Translations under genes and position numbers: made by a program | The notes under the pieces: generated by a model | What the model saw: the letters and a program-made list of their open reading frames with translations, nothing else | Databases searched by the model: none | What the model was told of the DNA's origin: nothing | Assembly (NCBI GenBank): GCA_963674825.1 | Contig: OY771587.1 | Location: 224,001 to 288,000, forward strand | DNA: 64,000 nt | Direction of reading: 5' to 3' | Source: Candidatus Cloacimonadales bacterium | Lineage (GTDB): Bacteria > Cloacimonadota > Cloacimonadia > Cloacimonadales > JAIOQZ01 | Shown here: positions 50,001 to 59,181 of the stretch, in pieces | Position numbering within the stretch: the first letter of the stretch is position 1 | Layout of the letters: each line of letters opens with the position of its first letter

Positions 50001-50065
50001 ATTACCGCGGTTCGGCAAAACCTTCCGCGCGTAACAACTTTATCGGATTCCGCGTCGCCAGATGA
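47042..50065 (+). CDS. Ser/Thr protein kinase - TM - LRR - TM - FGE-sulfatase (SUMF1-like) domain protein
   Basis: GEGSYG, ALK, HMDVKPSN, DFG, GTPAYMAPE. Two hydrophobic helices. LxxLxxLxL repeats. RLPSEAEWEFAAR, GLYEMSGN..EWC, RGGAW, GFR. Confidence 0.9.
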   Translation: MGMNDHDMKTRRKPANATRVRAYSFGEAEVERPEIEAGELLDDRYQIVRKVGEGSYGAVYQVFDRKMDIPKALKVFGRREESLHIIPDLRDEARTMARINHPNIVRIYDLHEDGDFIYLDMEYANGGNLDKNLDSIRKNSKIIRKTALQIAEGLKEAHDQGIVHMDVKPSNLLLDSARNIKIADFGIAGQLGLKLTTTAGTPAYMAPEHIEGNPADKRSDIFSFGVVLYELVYGHYPFKLDESDNYIYDVPRHLLAESSDLNRIILRCIAANPEHRYNDFSNIIRDLNESKELPTKEEDKRGFRAIFMRQMRDIGSDLRKETRNLMILLILLLLIIPFYLRIIRRLTEEQNPAHIDGPPMSTSVNFQPDSKLSPDQLEPGDLVQLRDLRKGGEPAFEFIYNGEDPLDIRFEENRIYLSDRLAGIHVRDRSDLPLPPNLDFVRSDIELTQNDLWNQRNPNLAVHLGEMVSPRTIENLPSNTRFLDLWKNKRISDLHSLDHLENLEGLDLQGVRDFYPEGLKQHERMKWLNLADTGLESDESLRSLQALEHLDISRNRLQNLATLYRLKALQSVKNESNSQLPELDRAWLDEKNHSYYADRNQEQSTKRQILWQRSNVMDKIVFGLALIVLLLVIYQLFRLLRQNIPTMIAKNQKKKEEAVLPPEFHDRVKKADDQESENKLWTPAEDNALRTLHELSVEYPNEKVLEKRKTQILRNAERKIRQYMSRDEYEPAFLTLQQVTAITTNNTLKRYRHRCLTNLVHDEPVKMIDIPGGSFTIGDFESESLSTAIPLHEVNLSSYSLSETNVTNKQYCEFLNAMGKHSEPLYDWINLSSPYCRIKKTERGKYEPIEPYSSFPVIEVSWYGAKRYCEWFGGRLPSEAEWEFAARNRGKKILFSQGNTADRAKMNFLVDKNDNLWHSVFPVKSLPANALGLYEMSGNLLEWCQDFFDANYYQDLESENPRGPEKGSLKSVRGGAWCFPSKNMKTYYRGSAKPSARNNFIGFRVAR

Positions 50066-51873
50066 TCAGACGAACCTGTATCTTTATCATGCTGCTCTTA
50101 GCAGTTACAATCCTGATAGCACAAGACGGCTACAAGCTGCGCGACATCCGGTTCGTTGGCAACGAATCCATCTCCACTTCCGAGCTAAAAAAACAGATGG
50201 AGCTCAAAGAAGACGATTTCCTCTACCGGCTTCAGTTCTGGAAGGAAGACCGCCTATTCGACGAACCTGCACTGGAGCGCGACACTACGCGCATTCTATA
50301 TCATTACCGAACAGAGGGATTCCTCGACGCGAAGCTCTCCTTGGAGCTCGAAACCCTGCACGAAAAACAGCGAGTCTATCTCACCATCACGATCGATGAA
50401 GGCGAGCCGATCCTGATCGACAGGATCACGACCTCATACTCACCTGCAGATTCCAATCGCTTCCGTACGATCGTGCAGGAAGTGAAAGCACCCCTTCAGC
50501 CTGGTGAACGCTTCCGTGATGCCGATCTAATGTCACGCCAGGAAAAGCTGCGAACGGGCTTCGAGGAAAACGGCTATCCTATGGCGGAAGTAGAGTTCAC
50601 GCTCGATGTATCGCCCGAGCAGCACACAACGGATATCCGGTGGGATATCAAGCCGGACAAACACTGCAAGTTCGGCAAAATCAGGCTCACCGGGCTCGAA
50701 AACGATATCGATGAATACGTGCTTCGGCAGACGGAATCCATCGATAGCGGAGAATACCGGCAATCGGCGCTGAAAACAGCACAACGTCGCATCTACGAGT
50801 TGGGGATGTTCAAGTCGGTGACGGTGAAATCAATGCTGAGCGAAGAAGAAAACGGCGAAATCCCCATCGAGATCATGATGATCGAGTCACCACGCCACAA
50901 TCTAAAAGTCGGTGTAGGCTGGGGTATCGAGGATCGTTTCCGCGTCTTCGCGGACTACCGCAAGCTCGGTTTTCTCGGCGGTGTTCGCAGACTCCATATC
51001 TACCTCAAGCACTCCTATCTTGAGCCGGTTAATGCCAGCCTCAAGCTCGTGCAGCCGGACTTCCTGAACTCCAACGGCGACATCAGCATTAGTCCCTACT
51101 TCAAGCAGCAACGTGAGCTGAGCTATACTATCAACCGCCTGGGCGCGACGCTTGGTTACCAGAAATCTTTCACAGGAAATATCGCTGGTTACTCCAACGT
51201 CACTTACGAAAAGAACGACCTGGTGGAAATTCGACTTTCGGACGAGGATGTCTTTGGCGAAACCGCTGATGACATCTATGAGAAAACCGTCTTCACCGTC
51301 GGCAGCTTCTACGACTCGTCGGCTCCACCGCTGGACCCCGAAAAAGGCGTCTACGCCGGCGTAATCTATTCCGTTGCCCCCATCCGAGAGGTCAGCGACT
51401 ATGAGTTCTACAAGATCGTGCTCGACACCCGCGCCTATCAGCGGCTTGCAAGTTGGATGGTTCTTGCCCTGAAACTCAAGGGTGGCGCAATGGAGCCTTT
51501 CGGCGAAAGCCACGCCACGCCGGTGGAGGATCGCTTTTACGCAGGGGGCAGCTACTCGGTGCGCGGCTGGCAACGCTATCAACTCGGCCCCAAGAACGAT
51601 AGCGGTTATCCCATTGGCGGGAACAGCATGATCGAAGGTAGCATCGAGCTGCGTTACCCCATCTACGACATCTTCTCGGGCGTTCTCTTCCTGGATGGCG
51701 GAAATGTCTGGAAGGATTCTTACGTTTACATCGCAGACCAACTGCATTTCGCCAGCGGCGTGGGCCTGAGAGTTAATACTCCGGTAGGGCCCATTCGGCT
51801 CGACTTTGCTTCACCGGTTTTCGAGAAAAAGAAGGAGCTGCAGGTTCATGCAAGCATCGGGCACGCCTTTTAA
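50062..51873 (+). CDS. Omp85-family protein with three POTRA-like domains (TamA/BamA-like)
   Basis: Signal peptide, POTRA repeats, RFYAGG..SVRGW, G.GLR..TPVGPIRLD, terminal IGHAF. Confidence 0.9.
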   Translation: MIRRTCIFIMLLLAVTILIAQDGYKLRDIRFVGNESISTSELKKQMELKEDDFLYRLQFWKEDRLFDEPALERDTTRILYHYRTEGFLDAKLSLELETLHEKQRVYLTITIDEGEPILIDRITTSYSPADSNRFRTIVQEVKAPLQPGERFRDADLMSRQEKLRTGFEENGYPMAEVEFTLDVSPEQHTTDIRWDIKPDKHCKFGKIRLTGLENDIDEYVLRQTESIDSGEYRQSALKTAQRRIYELGMFKSVTVKSMLSEEENGEIPIEIMMIESPRHNLKVGVGWGIEDRFRVFADYRKLGFLGGVRRLHIYLKHSYLEPVNASLKLVQPDFLNSNGDISISPYFKQQRELSYTINRLGATLGYQKSFTGNIAGYSNVTYEKNDLVEIRLSDEDVFGETADDIYEKTVFTVGSFYDSSAPPLDPEKGVYAGVIYSVAPIREVSDYEFYKIVLDTRAYQRLASWMVLALKLKGGAMEPFGESHATPVEDRFYAGGSYSVRGWQRYQLGPKNDSGYPIGGNSMIEGSIELRYPIYDIFSGVLFLDGGNVWKDSYVYIADQLHFASGVGLRVNTPVGPIRLDFASPVFEKKKELQVHASIGHAF

Positions 51874-54800
51874 GCGCTTCGCCACGCGATTCATTAAAGC
51901 GCTGATCGCCATCGTGCTGATCGTGCCGCTCGTCGCGTGTTTCCTCTACCTGATGCTGCAAGCCGGTTGGCTCAATCCGATTATTCGCTATACCAGCGTG
52001 AAAATCGCCAACTCTATCTTGGATGCGGAACTCTCCATCGAGTCAATCCACGGCAATCCTATGCAACACCTTGAGATATCCGGCATCGAGCTTCGGAAAG
52101 ACGATCGCAAGCTGGCCGGTATCTCGCTGATCCGCCTCGATTACAACCTCGACCACGCCCTGGATATGCAGTTCACCATCAACGAGATCCTAATCGATTC
52201 GGTTTATGCCTACGCGGATCAGCTACCGGATAGCACCTGGAACCTCGCCCATATCGTGAAACCCTCCGAGCCCAAGCCTGAAGAACCGGATTCCCTATCG
52301 CAACCGCGCAACCTGAGCCTGCTTCTTCACTCGCTGCGGATCACCAATTCCAGCTTCGACATTCACGCCCTCGATCCGCGCATCCCGAAGCAAGTCCGCG
52401 ACTTCAATCTCGATTTCAATTTCGCGATGTTACCGAACCTTATTCACGCCAGCGTGAACAACATCTCGTTCACCGCCGACAGCTTGCACCTGAAGACGCT
52501 CCGAACAGAATTTACATGGCAGGATTCCACGCTGCTTCTTCAAGACTTCCTGCTCGAGACAGACCGCAGTAAAATCAAAGCCAACGGGCAATATAGCGAT
52601 GCTGCATCCAACATCAAACTGCGGTTGACGCCTTTTGATTTGCGAGATGTAGAAGCATTTCTGCCGGAATTCCAGCACCCTGACACATTATTTCTGTTCC
52701 TGGACGCACAAACCCAGGAGACAGAGCTGACATGCCATTTATCGTCATATATAGGTGAAAACCATTTTTCGTGTTCTCTCAAAATGCCCGATTACCAAAG
52801 CCTGGATAACTTCTCGATTTCAATCAACAGCTCCAAACCTGACTTACTCAAGGACTGGGGGATTCCTTTTTCCTGCCAATTTGCTACTATCAAAGTTGAT
52901 AACACCGACGGCCTTATTCCCGATGGGAATGCCAAGATCAGGATTCAGGGGACCCGTATTCAATATGAGCAGTACAAGCTGGATATTGCCACGCTGGACG
53001 TCGATTACACACCCGATATGCAAAAATTCACTTTAGATGTTGGTGAACCTCTGGGCAACTCACTCTACATGAAAGGCAACATCGATGCTTTTAATCCCAA
53101 ACGTCCTTATAAATTGAATGGCAATCTCTCTTTCAATACGCGGCGAGAAAAGATTCCACTGCTTCCTTTTGATGTTTCGGGAGGATTGAGATTCACTGCG
53201 AATGGAGAGCTACGCTCTTTCAAGTATCTTCTGACACGATTCGACATAAATATCAAAAACCTGACAATCGACGACTATCGAATAAAGACCGGAACAATTT
53301 GGATCAACATCGAAGATGGTCGCTACGAGCTGGCCAAGTTCGACATCAACACTGAAGATGGCGGCGCAACAGGCATGGGATACGGTTCATTCGAAGGTCC
53401 GCATCACATCGAGTTCGATACCAGCCTGCCAGACTTATCGAAACTCCAGAGTCTGACCGGCCTGGACAACCTTGCCGGCAGCCTGGACCTCTCTGCCAAA
53501 GTAGATGGCATGCCCGATTCCATGCGTTTCTCAGCAGATGTAGAAGCGTCCGACGCCCAGGTGAACGATCTATCCATAGAGAAAGCTCAGCTTCACGCCA
53601 ATGGCACGATCGACGGCAAAGACATTGATGCCGAAGCCACAGTTCAGCTTCAAAACATCCGATACAAGGATCTCACTCTGGAGCAATTGTCGCTCGACGG
53701 ATCCTATCATGACCAGAAAGCTTCGGCACAGCTCGAAGTGAAACAGAATCGGGAGCGCTACGGAGCGCTTCATGCCACGTACAAGCCCGGCGAGATCGAG
53801 CTTCCCATGCTCGACTTCCACTTCGACGGAGAGTACTGGCAATTGGCGCACGATTCGACGCGCGTCCGCTTCAACAGCGATGGCTATTTCATCAACGATT
53901 TCTCTCTTGCCTCAAATGAACAGCGCATCGGCGCAAAGGGCTATTACCGGCACGACGGCTCGATGGACGCGGATGTACGCATCGATTCGCTCGACCTCTC
54001 CATCCTCAACAGCTTCCTGCCAGAAGAAACCGAAGCAGACGGGATTCTGAACCTGGACATGAAGCTTCGCGGCAACCTCGATCACCCGGATGCCGATGCC
54101 ACACTGCGGCTGAATAATCTCGCCTGGGGACCATACGAAATCGCCGGTGTGAATGCCAACCTCGCAACAGCCGATAACTCGGCCAGCTTTCACTCAGCCG
54201 TGCGTTTCACTACCGATGAGCAAATTACACTCGATGCCCGAGTACCGCTTGGGCGCTTCCTGAAGAACATCCCGCTACCAGCTGATTCCCTCATCACCGC
54301 CAACGTGGTGAGTGATTCCATCGACATCGGCTTTGTAAATGAATTTACCGATCAGATCGCGCTGGACAAGGGCCATCTGGTCATGGATATCTCGCTCGAA
54401 AGCGATCTCAGGCAGCACAATGTGGAAGGCCGCATCAAAGTGACAGGACAAGCACTCACCATCCGCCAACTCAATACACGCTACGAGGATTTCTTCCTTG
54501 AACTTCACGGCGACAACAGCGCTGTCCGACTCGACACCCTCTATGCGGAAGGCGGCTCGGGAACGCTGTCCGCCACCGGAACGATCAACCTCGGCGACAT
54601 GAAGGAGAAATTCGTCGATTCTTTCGACATTCAGCTTCTGGCAAACCACTTTCAGTTCTCACGCAAGCGGCAACTGCGTCTGGTCTCCGATATGGACATC
54701 CACCTCTTCGGAGACATGGAGCGACAGAATTTCGACGCTGATGTGAAAATCATCGAATCGCGGGTTGATATCGACCAGTTTACCGGCGGATCGGGGCCAG

Positions 54801-55663
54801 CGCTTCCCAGCCAGAAACCGCTCCTTGTGCAGGCATTGAACGGGACAACGGATGTTGAACCGCCGCAGAAAAGAACAGAGATAAACATCTCGAAATCCAG
54901 CTATGGTACCGCCAAAGTAAATATCCCGCGTAACAGTTGGATTTATGGTAAGGATATGTCCGTCGAGTATTCGGGCGACATCAAGGCTGTTAAAGAAGCG
55001 GAGAATATTTATCTGACCGGAACTGTCGCCACCATCCGAGGCTACTACAACCTCTATGGACGCAAATTCACGATATCCGAAGCGAAAGTCACCTTCACCG
55101 GCGGCAAAGAAATCGATCCGATCCTGGATATAACCGCCGATTACACCTTCCGGGACATCGAAGAGAATCGCCGCACGCTGAGCGTTGTTCTCACCGGACG
55201 TGCATCCGATCCGCAGGCGGAATTCCTGCTGGACGGAACGCAGATCGAACAAGCTGACGCGATTTCGTATATTATCTTCAATCGCAGTACCAGCGAATTG
55301 ACCCAGAACGAGAAGAGCTCCATGAACGAAAGCAGTTCCAGCAGTGGCTTTGCGCAAGGGCTTATCATCAAGCAACTCTCCTCGCAACTTACCCGTTCCA
55401 TCCAGGAGCAGCTCGATCTGGACGTACTGGAAATCCAGGGGAACGAAGACCTCAGCAAGACCGCCATCGTCGTAGGCAAATACATCACGAATCGCCTCTT
55501 CCTGAGCTATGAAAGGCGACTCAACAATAGCAGTTCCAGCGATACCGAGATCGAAATCCTGACACTCGAATACCAGATCAACCGGGCTTTTTCGATCCAG
55601 GCGACGCGCGGAAACGACAGTTCCACCGGCATGGATCTCATCTGGAAGTATGAACATAAATAA
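51848..55663 (+). CDS. tamB: Translocation and assembly module TamB-like (AsmA-like) protein
   Basis: AAGGAG RBS before ATG 51848, N-terminal TM anchor, long beta-rich body, C-terminal DP.LDI.A...VGKYI...L (DUF490-like). Confidence 0.85.
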   Translation: MQASGTPFKRFATRFIKALIAIVLIVPLVACFLYLMLQAGWLNPIIRYTSVKIANSILDAELSIESIHGNPMQHLEISGIELRKDDRKLAGISLIRLDYNLDHALDMQFTINEILIDSVYAYADQLPDSTWNLAHIVKPSEPKPEEPDSLSQPRNLSLLLHSLRITNSSFDIHALDPRIPKQVRDFNLDFNFAMLPNLIHASVNNISFTADSLHLKTLRTEFTWQDSTLLLQDFLLETDRSKIKANGQYSDAASNIKLRLTPFDLRDVEAFLPEFQHPDTLFLFLDAQTQETELTCHLSSYIGENHFSCSLKMPDYQSLDNFSISINSSKPDLLKDWGIPFSCQFATIKVDNTDGLIPDGNAKIRIQGTRIQYEQYKLDIATLDVDYTPDMQKFTLDVGEPLGNSLYMKGNIDAFNPKRPYKLNGNLSFNTRREKIPLLPFDVSGGLRFTANGELRSFKYLLTRFDINIKNLTIDDYRIKTGTIWINIEDGRYELAKFDINTEDGGATGMGYGSFEGPHHIEFDTSLPDLSKLQSLTGLDNLAGSLDLSAKVDGMPDSMRFSADVEASDAQVNDLSIEKAQLHANGTIDGKDIDAEATVQLQNIRYKDLTLEQLSLDGSYHDQKASAQLEVKQNRERYGALHATYKPGEIELPMLDFHFDGEYWQLAHDSTRVRFNSDGYFINDFSLASNEQRIGAKGYYRHDGSMDADVRIDSLDLSILNSFLPEETEADGILNLDMKLRGNLDHPDADATLRLNNLAWGPYEIAGVNANLATADNSASFHSAVRFTTDEQITLDARVPLGRFLKNIPLPADSLITANVVSDSIDIGFVNEFTDQIALDKGHLVMDISLESDLRQHNVEGRIKVTGQALTIRQLNTRYEDFFLELHGDNSAVRLDTLYAEGGSGTLSATGTINLGDMKEKFVDSFDIQLLANHFQFSRKRQLRLVSDMDIHLFGDMERQNFDADVKIIESRVDIDQFTGGSGPALPSQKPLLVQALNGTTDVEPPQKRTEINISKSSYGTAKVNIPRNSWIYGKDMSVEYSGDIKAVKEAENIYLTGTVATIRGYYNLYGRKFTISEAKVTFTGGKEIDPILDITADYTFRDIEENRRTLSVVLTGRASDPQAEFLLDGTQIEQADAISYIIFNRSTSELTQNEKSSMNESSSSSGFAQGLIIKQLSSQLTRSIQEQLDLDVLEIQGNEDLSKTAIVVGKYITNRLFLSYERRLNNSSSSDTEIEILTLEYQINRAFSIQATRGNDSSTGMDLIWKYEHK

Positions 55664-55684
55664 CCGCATCTGGGCCATTTTGAT

Positions 55685-57505
55685 ATGAACACAAATAGTC
55701 GCCCCATCTTGCTTCTGCTGGTTGTTCTCGCAGCTTCCTGGCTTTTCGCTGACGATCCTGAACAAGCCACGGAACCCCTGATCAACGAAAAGAAGGTACT
55801 CGATACTTTTCGTGAGATGTCCAGCAAAGACACCTGGAGCTCCCGCCTGCTGCGTAGCATCTTCATCTTTGAGCGCGAGACGAAAAAGACCGACGAGAGC
55901 ATGCCCGAAGATCCGATTGAATCCTTCCTCAACTATCAGGGCAAGACCATCGGTAATATCCGCATCCTCGTGCTGGACGTCTTCGGTACCTCGGTGAAGA
56001 ATCTTTCCAGGAAGCCGGATTACTGGCTGGAAAAAACCGGAAACGCCCTGCACGTAAATACACGGAAACGAATCATACGCAATCAACTTCTTTTCCATAC
56101 GGGCGACAAGCTCGATCCTCTGCTCATCGCAGAATCCGAGCGTATTCTCCGTAACAACCGCTATATCTACGACGCCCGGATCAAGGTCTTTAAAAATCCT
56201 GACGGCTCGGTCGATCTGGATGTCGTCGTACGCGATGTCTGGACACTGAAGGCGGAAGTCGCCATGTACAGCGTCGATAAGTGGAATGTCTCGATCTCCG
56301 ATGAAAACCTGGCCGGCCTCGGCGGAAGGCTTCACACAAAGGTGAAGTTCGATCCCGAGTACAAAGATGGCTGGAACTGGGATGCGAGCTACAGGCAGCA
56401 AAATCTTTTCAAGGACAACATCACAGCCGAGGTTTACCGTAAAGTGAAAGTGGGCAGCAGAAACAAGGGATTCGGCATTAACAGGGAGTTCAAGTCGTCA
56501 CTCATCCGTTGGCTATATGGCACTAACTTTGAGTGGAATCGTAACGAGGTCAGCATCCTCCGTGACGATACTGACCCGGTCGTGGAAGAGGTACGCTACA
56601 CCAGACAAGACCTATGGCTGGGGCGCACCATCCCGATCAATATCGAGAACGAAGAAGGCATGGCAAATTATATCACCGGTGCAGCTCGCGTTATCCGTAC
56701 CGATCAAACCCTGAAAGCTGCTTACGATCCCGAGGGCCATATCCAGGACTCATACATGGGCGTATTCAGCCTGGGATACCTGATACGATCGTTTCGGAAA
56801 GTCAGCTACCTGTTTCGTTTCGGTGTCACGGAAGACGTCCCCGTTGGGAGTAAGCTGGAACTCACTACGGGCTTTGAAGACGGCAGCAAAAATGATCGCA
56901 CCTATTATAGCCTCTATTATCTCTACAGCCTCTACGAGCAGGATTACGGCTATTTCTCGGGTGAGCTGTCCGCATCGGGATTCAAACGCAGCAGCACCTG
57001 GGAAAGCAGGCAGTTTGAGACAAGCCTCAAAGGTATTTCCCGGCTACTTTATATCAAGGATTACCGAATCCGTCAATATGCGATGCTACAATACAACGTC
57101 ATCGAAAACCCGATCTACTCTAACCAGATGCTGTCGATCAGCGACAAAGAAGGGATTCGTGGCCTGAGCAGCGACAAAAGCGGCGACAAGCGTCTGCGAT
57201 TGAACCTCGAAACCAATTACCTGATGCCGTTCCAGTTCCTTGGGTTCAATTTCTCGGTAAGTGTTTTCGGCGATTTCGCGCTCCTCGCACCCGAAAACGT
57301 GAGCATTTCATCTAGTAAAGTCTATCAAGGATATGGCATCGGACTGCGTTTTAAAAACGAACATTTGGTGTTTAAAACCATCGAGATCTTCCTGGGTTAC
57401 TACCCCGTGATGGACAGCAGTCAGGATTGGAATCTTTTCTCACGCTCAGCCAGCTACTACAACTTCAGTGGCATGGGCTTCGGCAAACCGGAGGTAATCG
57501 AATAA
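55685..57505 (+). CDS. Outer-membrane protein with a POTRA-like N-domain (second Omp85-like)
   Basis: Signal peptide; IIRNQLLF..GD...ESERILR, VRD.W, NLAGLG, GIRG, GYGIGLR. Confidence 0.7.
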   Translation: MNTNSRPILLLLVVLAASWLFADDPEQATEPLINEKKVLDTFREMSSKDTWSSRLLRSIFIFERETKKTDESMPEDPIESFLNYQGKTIGNIRILVLDVFGTSVKNLSRKPDYWLEKTGNALHVNTRKRIIRNQLLFHTGDKLDPLLIAESERILRNNRYIYDARIKVFKNPDGSVDLDVVVRDVWTLKAEVAMYSVDKWNVSISDENLAGLGGRLHTKVKFDPEYKDGWNWDASYRQQNLFKDNITAEVYRKVKVGSRNKGFGINREFKSSLIRWLYGTNFEWNRNEVSILRDDTDPVVEEVRYTRQDLWLGRTIPINIENEEGMANYITGAARVIRTDQTLKAAYDPEGHIQDSYMGVFSLGYLIRSFRKVSYLFRFGVTEDVPVGSKLELTTGFEDGSKNDRTYYSLYYLYSLYEQDYGYFSGELSASGFKRSSTWESRQFETSLKGISRLLYIKDYRIRQYAMLQYNVIENPIYSNQMLSISDKEGIRGLSSDKSGDKRLRLNLETNYLMPFQFLGFNFSVSVFGDFALLAPENVSISSSKVYQGYGIGLRFKNEHLVFKTIEIFLGYYPVMDSSQDWNLFSRSASYYNFSGMGFGKPEVIE

Positions 57506-58809
57506 TGGCAAAGAAAATCCGCTTCGAGGATCATATAGAAGCGCTTCTGGGAAAAGTAGAAGCAAGTCAGCTTATGGAGGCAATCAAAGGCTTCGCACCT
57601 CGAGCAGTGCGTTATAATTCGCAGCGCAACCAGCAAGGTCAGCTTCCTGGTGAACCAGTGCTCTGGTACCCGGAGTTCGGACGCTACTGGCACGATGACA
57701 ACAATCCCTCGCAGGCAATCAGCTATCTCACCGGTGATTTCTACATCCAGGAAGCCAGCGCAATGCTCTTGATTTCTGCTTTGAGCCGCGTAATCGATCC
57801 GCAAGGACTTCGCATCATCGACCTGACCGCAGCACCAGGCGGAAAGGCGACGCAAATCGCGGAGTTGGCAAAGGATGGCTTGGTTGTCGCAAACGAGGTG
57901 ATCAAAGGCCGTGCCGATGCGCTTTTATGGAACGTAATCCGTCATCGGCTACAGAATACCATAGTCTGCAATCTTCCGCTCAAACCTCTTGCAGAACAGC
58001 TTGAAGGCTGGTTTGATGTGGTGATCGTGGACGCTCCATGTAGTGGCGAGGGACTGTTCCAGAAGAAAAAGCACAACCCGAATGCCTGGAGCTATAAGAA
58101 CGTCCAATTCAACAGCACCCGTCAGCGCGCAATCCTCAGCGACGCCATGAGCCTGCTGAAACCAGGCGGGGTTCTGGCCTATTCTACCTGTACGTTCGGA
58201 GTCGAGGAGAACGAGGATCAGGTCGCGTTTCTGCTCGAAAATGGCTTCTCCCCCATCGAATTCCCCGATCTCGAAGGCGTATCGCCAGCCATAACGGACG
58301 ATCCCGCAATTGCATCCTGCGCCAGACGACTCTTCCCACACAGACAGAAAGCCGCCGGTGCCTTCGCAGCATTGGCCAGAAAAGAATCAGACGACAGCGG
58401 TCATCGCGTAAAGATGGTCTCAACCATAGATAAAAAGCTAAGCAGCCTATTACCCGAGTCGATCGAAATCCCAGATAACATGCACCTGTATCGTGTCGGT
58501 GACACCATTCACACGATCGGGCAAGAAGAGCTTCCCAAGCTATTGCACGACAGTGCAATCCAGATTGGTTCGGCAATCTGCACCTTGAAGCCCCTGCTTG
58601 AGCCCATGCATGGCGGCATACTCTATCCCGCAACATCACATATCATCCAGATGACAGACGAGCAGACACGAAATTACCGGCAGGGCAGCAACCTGAGCTT
58701 CGATAAACCGGATGGATTCTACTTCGTTCAGTCAGAGGGGAATGTGTTGGGGCTGGTCAAGATCTCGGGCGGTCGCGCTGTTAATCGCTTGCCGAAGCCG
58801 TTACGATAA
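57505..58809 (+). CDS. RsmF/NOL1/NOP2/Sun family RNA m5C methyltransferase
   Basis: YIQEASAM, AAPGGK, VDAPCSGEG, YSTCTF..EENE; TAATG coupling. Confidence 0.9.
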   Translation: MAKKIRFEDHIEALLGKVEASQLMEAIKGFAPRAVRYNSQRNQQGQLPGEPVLWYPEFGRYWHDDNNPSQAISYLTGDFYIQEASAMLLISALSRVIDPQGLRIIDLTAAPGGKATQIAELAKDGLVVANEVIKGRADALLWNVIRHRLQNTIVCNLPLKPLAEQLEGWFDVVIVDAPCSGEGLFQKKKHNPNAWSYKNVQFNSTRQRAILSDAMSLLKPGGVLAYSTCTFGVEENEDQVAFLLENGFSPIEFPDLEGVSPAITDDPAIASCARRLFPHRQKAAGAFAALARKESDDSGHRVKMVSTIDKKLSSLLPESIEIPDNMHLYRVGDTIHTIGQEELPKLLHDSAIQIGSAICTLKPLLEPMHGGILYPATSHIIQMTDEQTRNYRQGSNLSFDKPDGFYFVQSEGNVLGLVKISGGRAVNRLPKPLR

Positions 58810-58889
58810 ACGGGTTGCCCAGAGGTGAATGAAATCATCTTCCGAATGTTGATTTCATGAATGGCGAAAATCCGCATGACTTTGTGGGC

Positions 58890-59102
58890 GTTGATGCTTC
58901 GACTCTTGGGGGATTCGAGTTTATGCTTCGCAAAACTCACAACTCAGCATGACACAGCAGCGCTTTCTCTGGCTCGCTATCGTTTCACTCGGGATGATGG
59001 AGAAGAGGGAATGCCAAGCTAGAGCTTGGCGATCCGAAGGGGAAAGAGATTGCAGCCACGGACATCTGCGTACCCAGGGGAGCAGCGCCCCGTGTCTGCC
59101 CG
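58890..59102. repeat. Cluster of REP-like motifs, related to 31480..31616
   Basis: actcagcatgacacag (58942-58957), ggacatctgcgtacccagg, gtgtctgccc. Confidence 0.6.
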
Positions 59103-59129
59103 TTTAATACGTCACGACTTCAAATTCGC

Positions 59130-59161
59130 AAAAAATCCCCGACGACCTAAGCCATCGGGGA
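59130..59161 (-). terminator. Terminator of the tldD-pmbA operon
   Basis: Minus strand tccccgatgg-cttagg-tcgtcgggga-tttttt. Confidence 0.7.
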
Positions 59162-59181
59162 CATATAATCTTACGTTACAA

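Noticed and set aside
49950..50065. FGE/CLec C-terminus as a diversity-generating retroelement variable region
   Set aside because: I saw no second near-identical template copy and no reverse transcriptase in the window; a remote DGR cannot be excluded
54659..56401. 580-aa minus-strand ORF
   Set aside because: Antisense shadow across tamB and the next OMP gene
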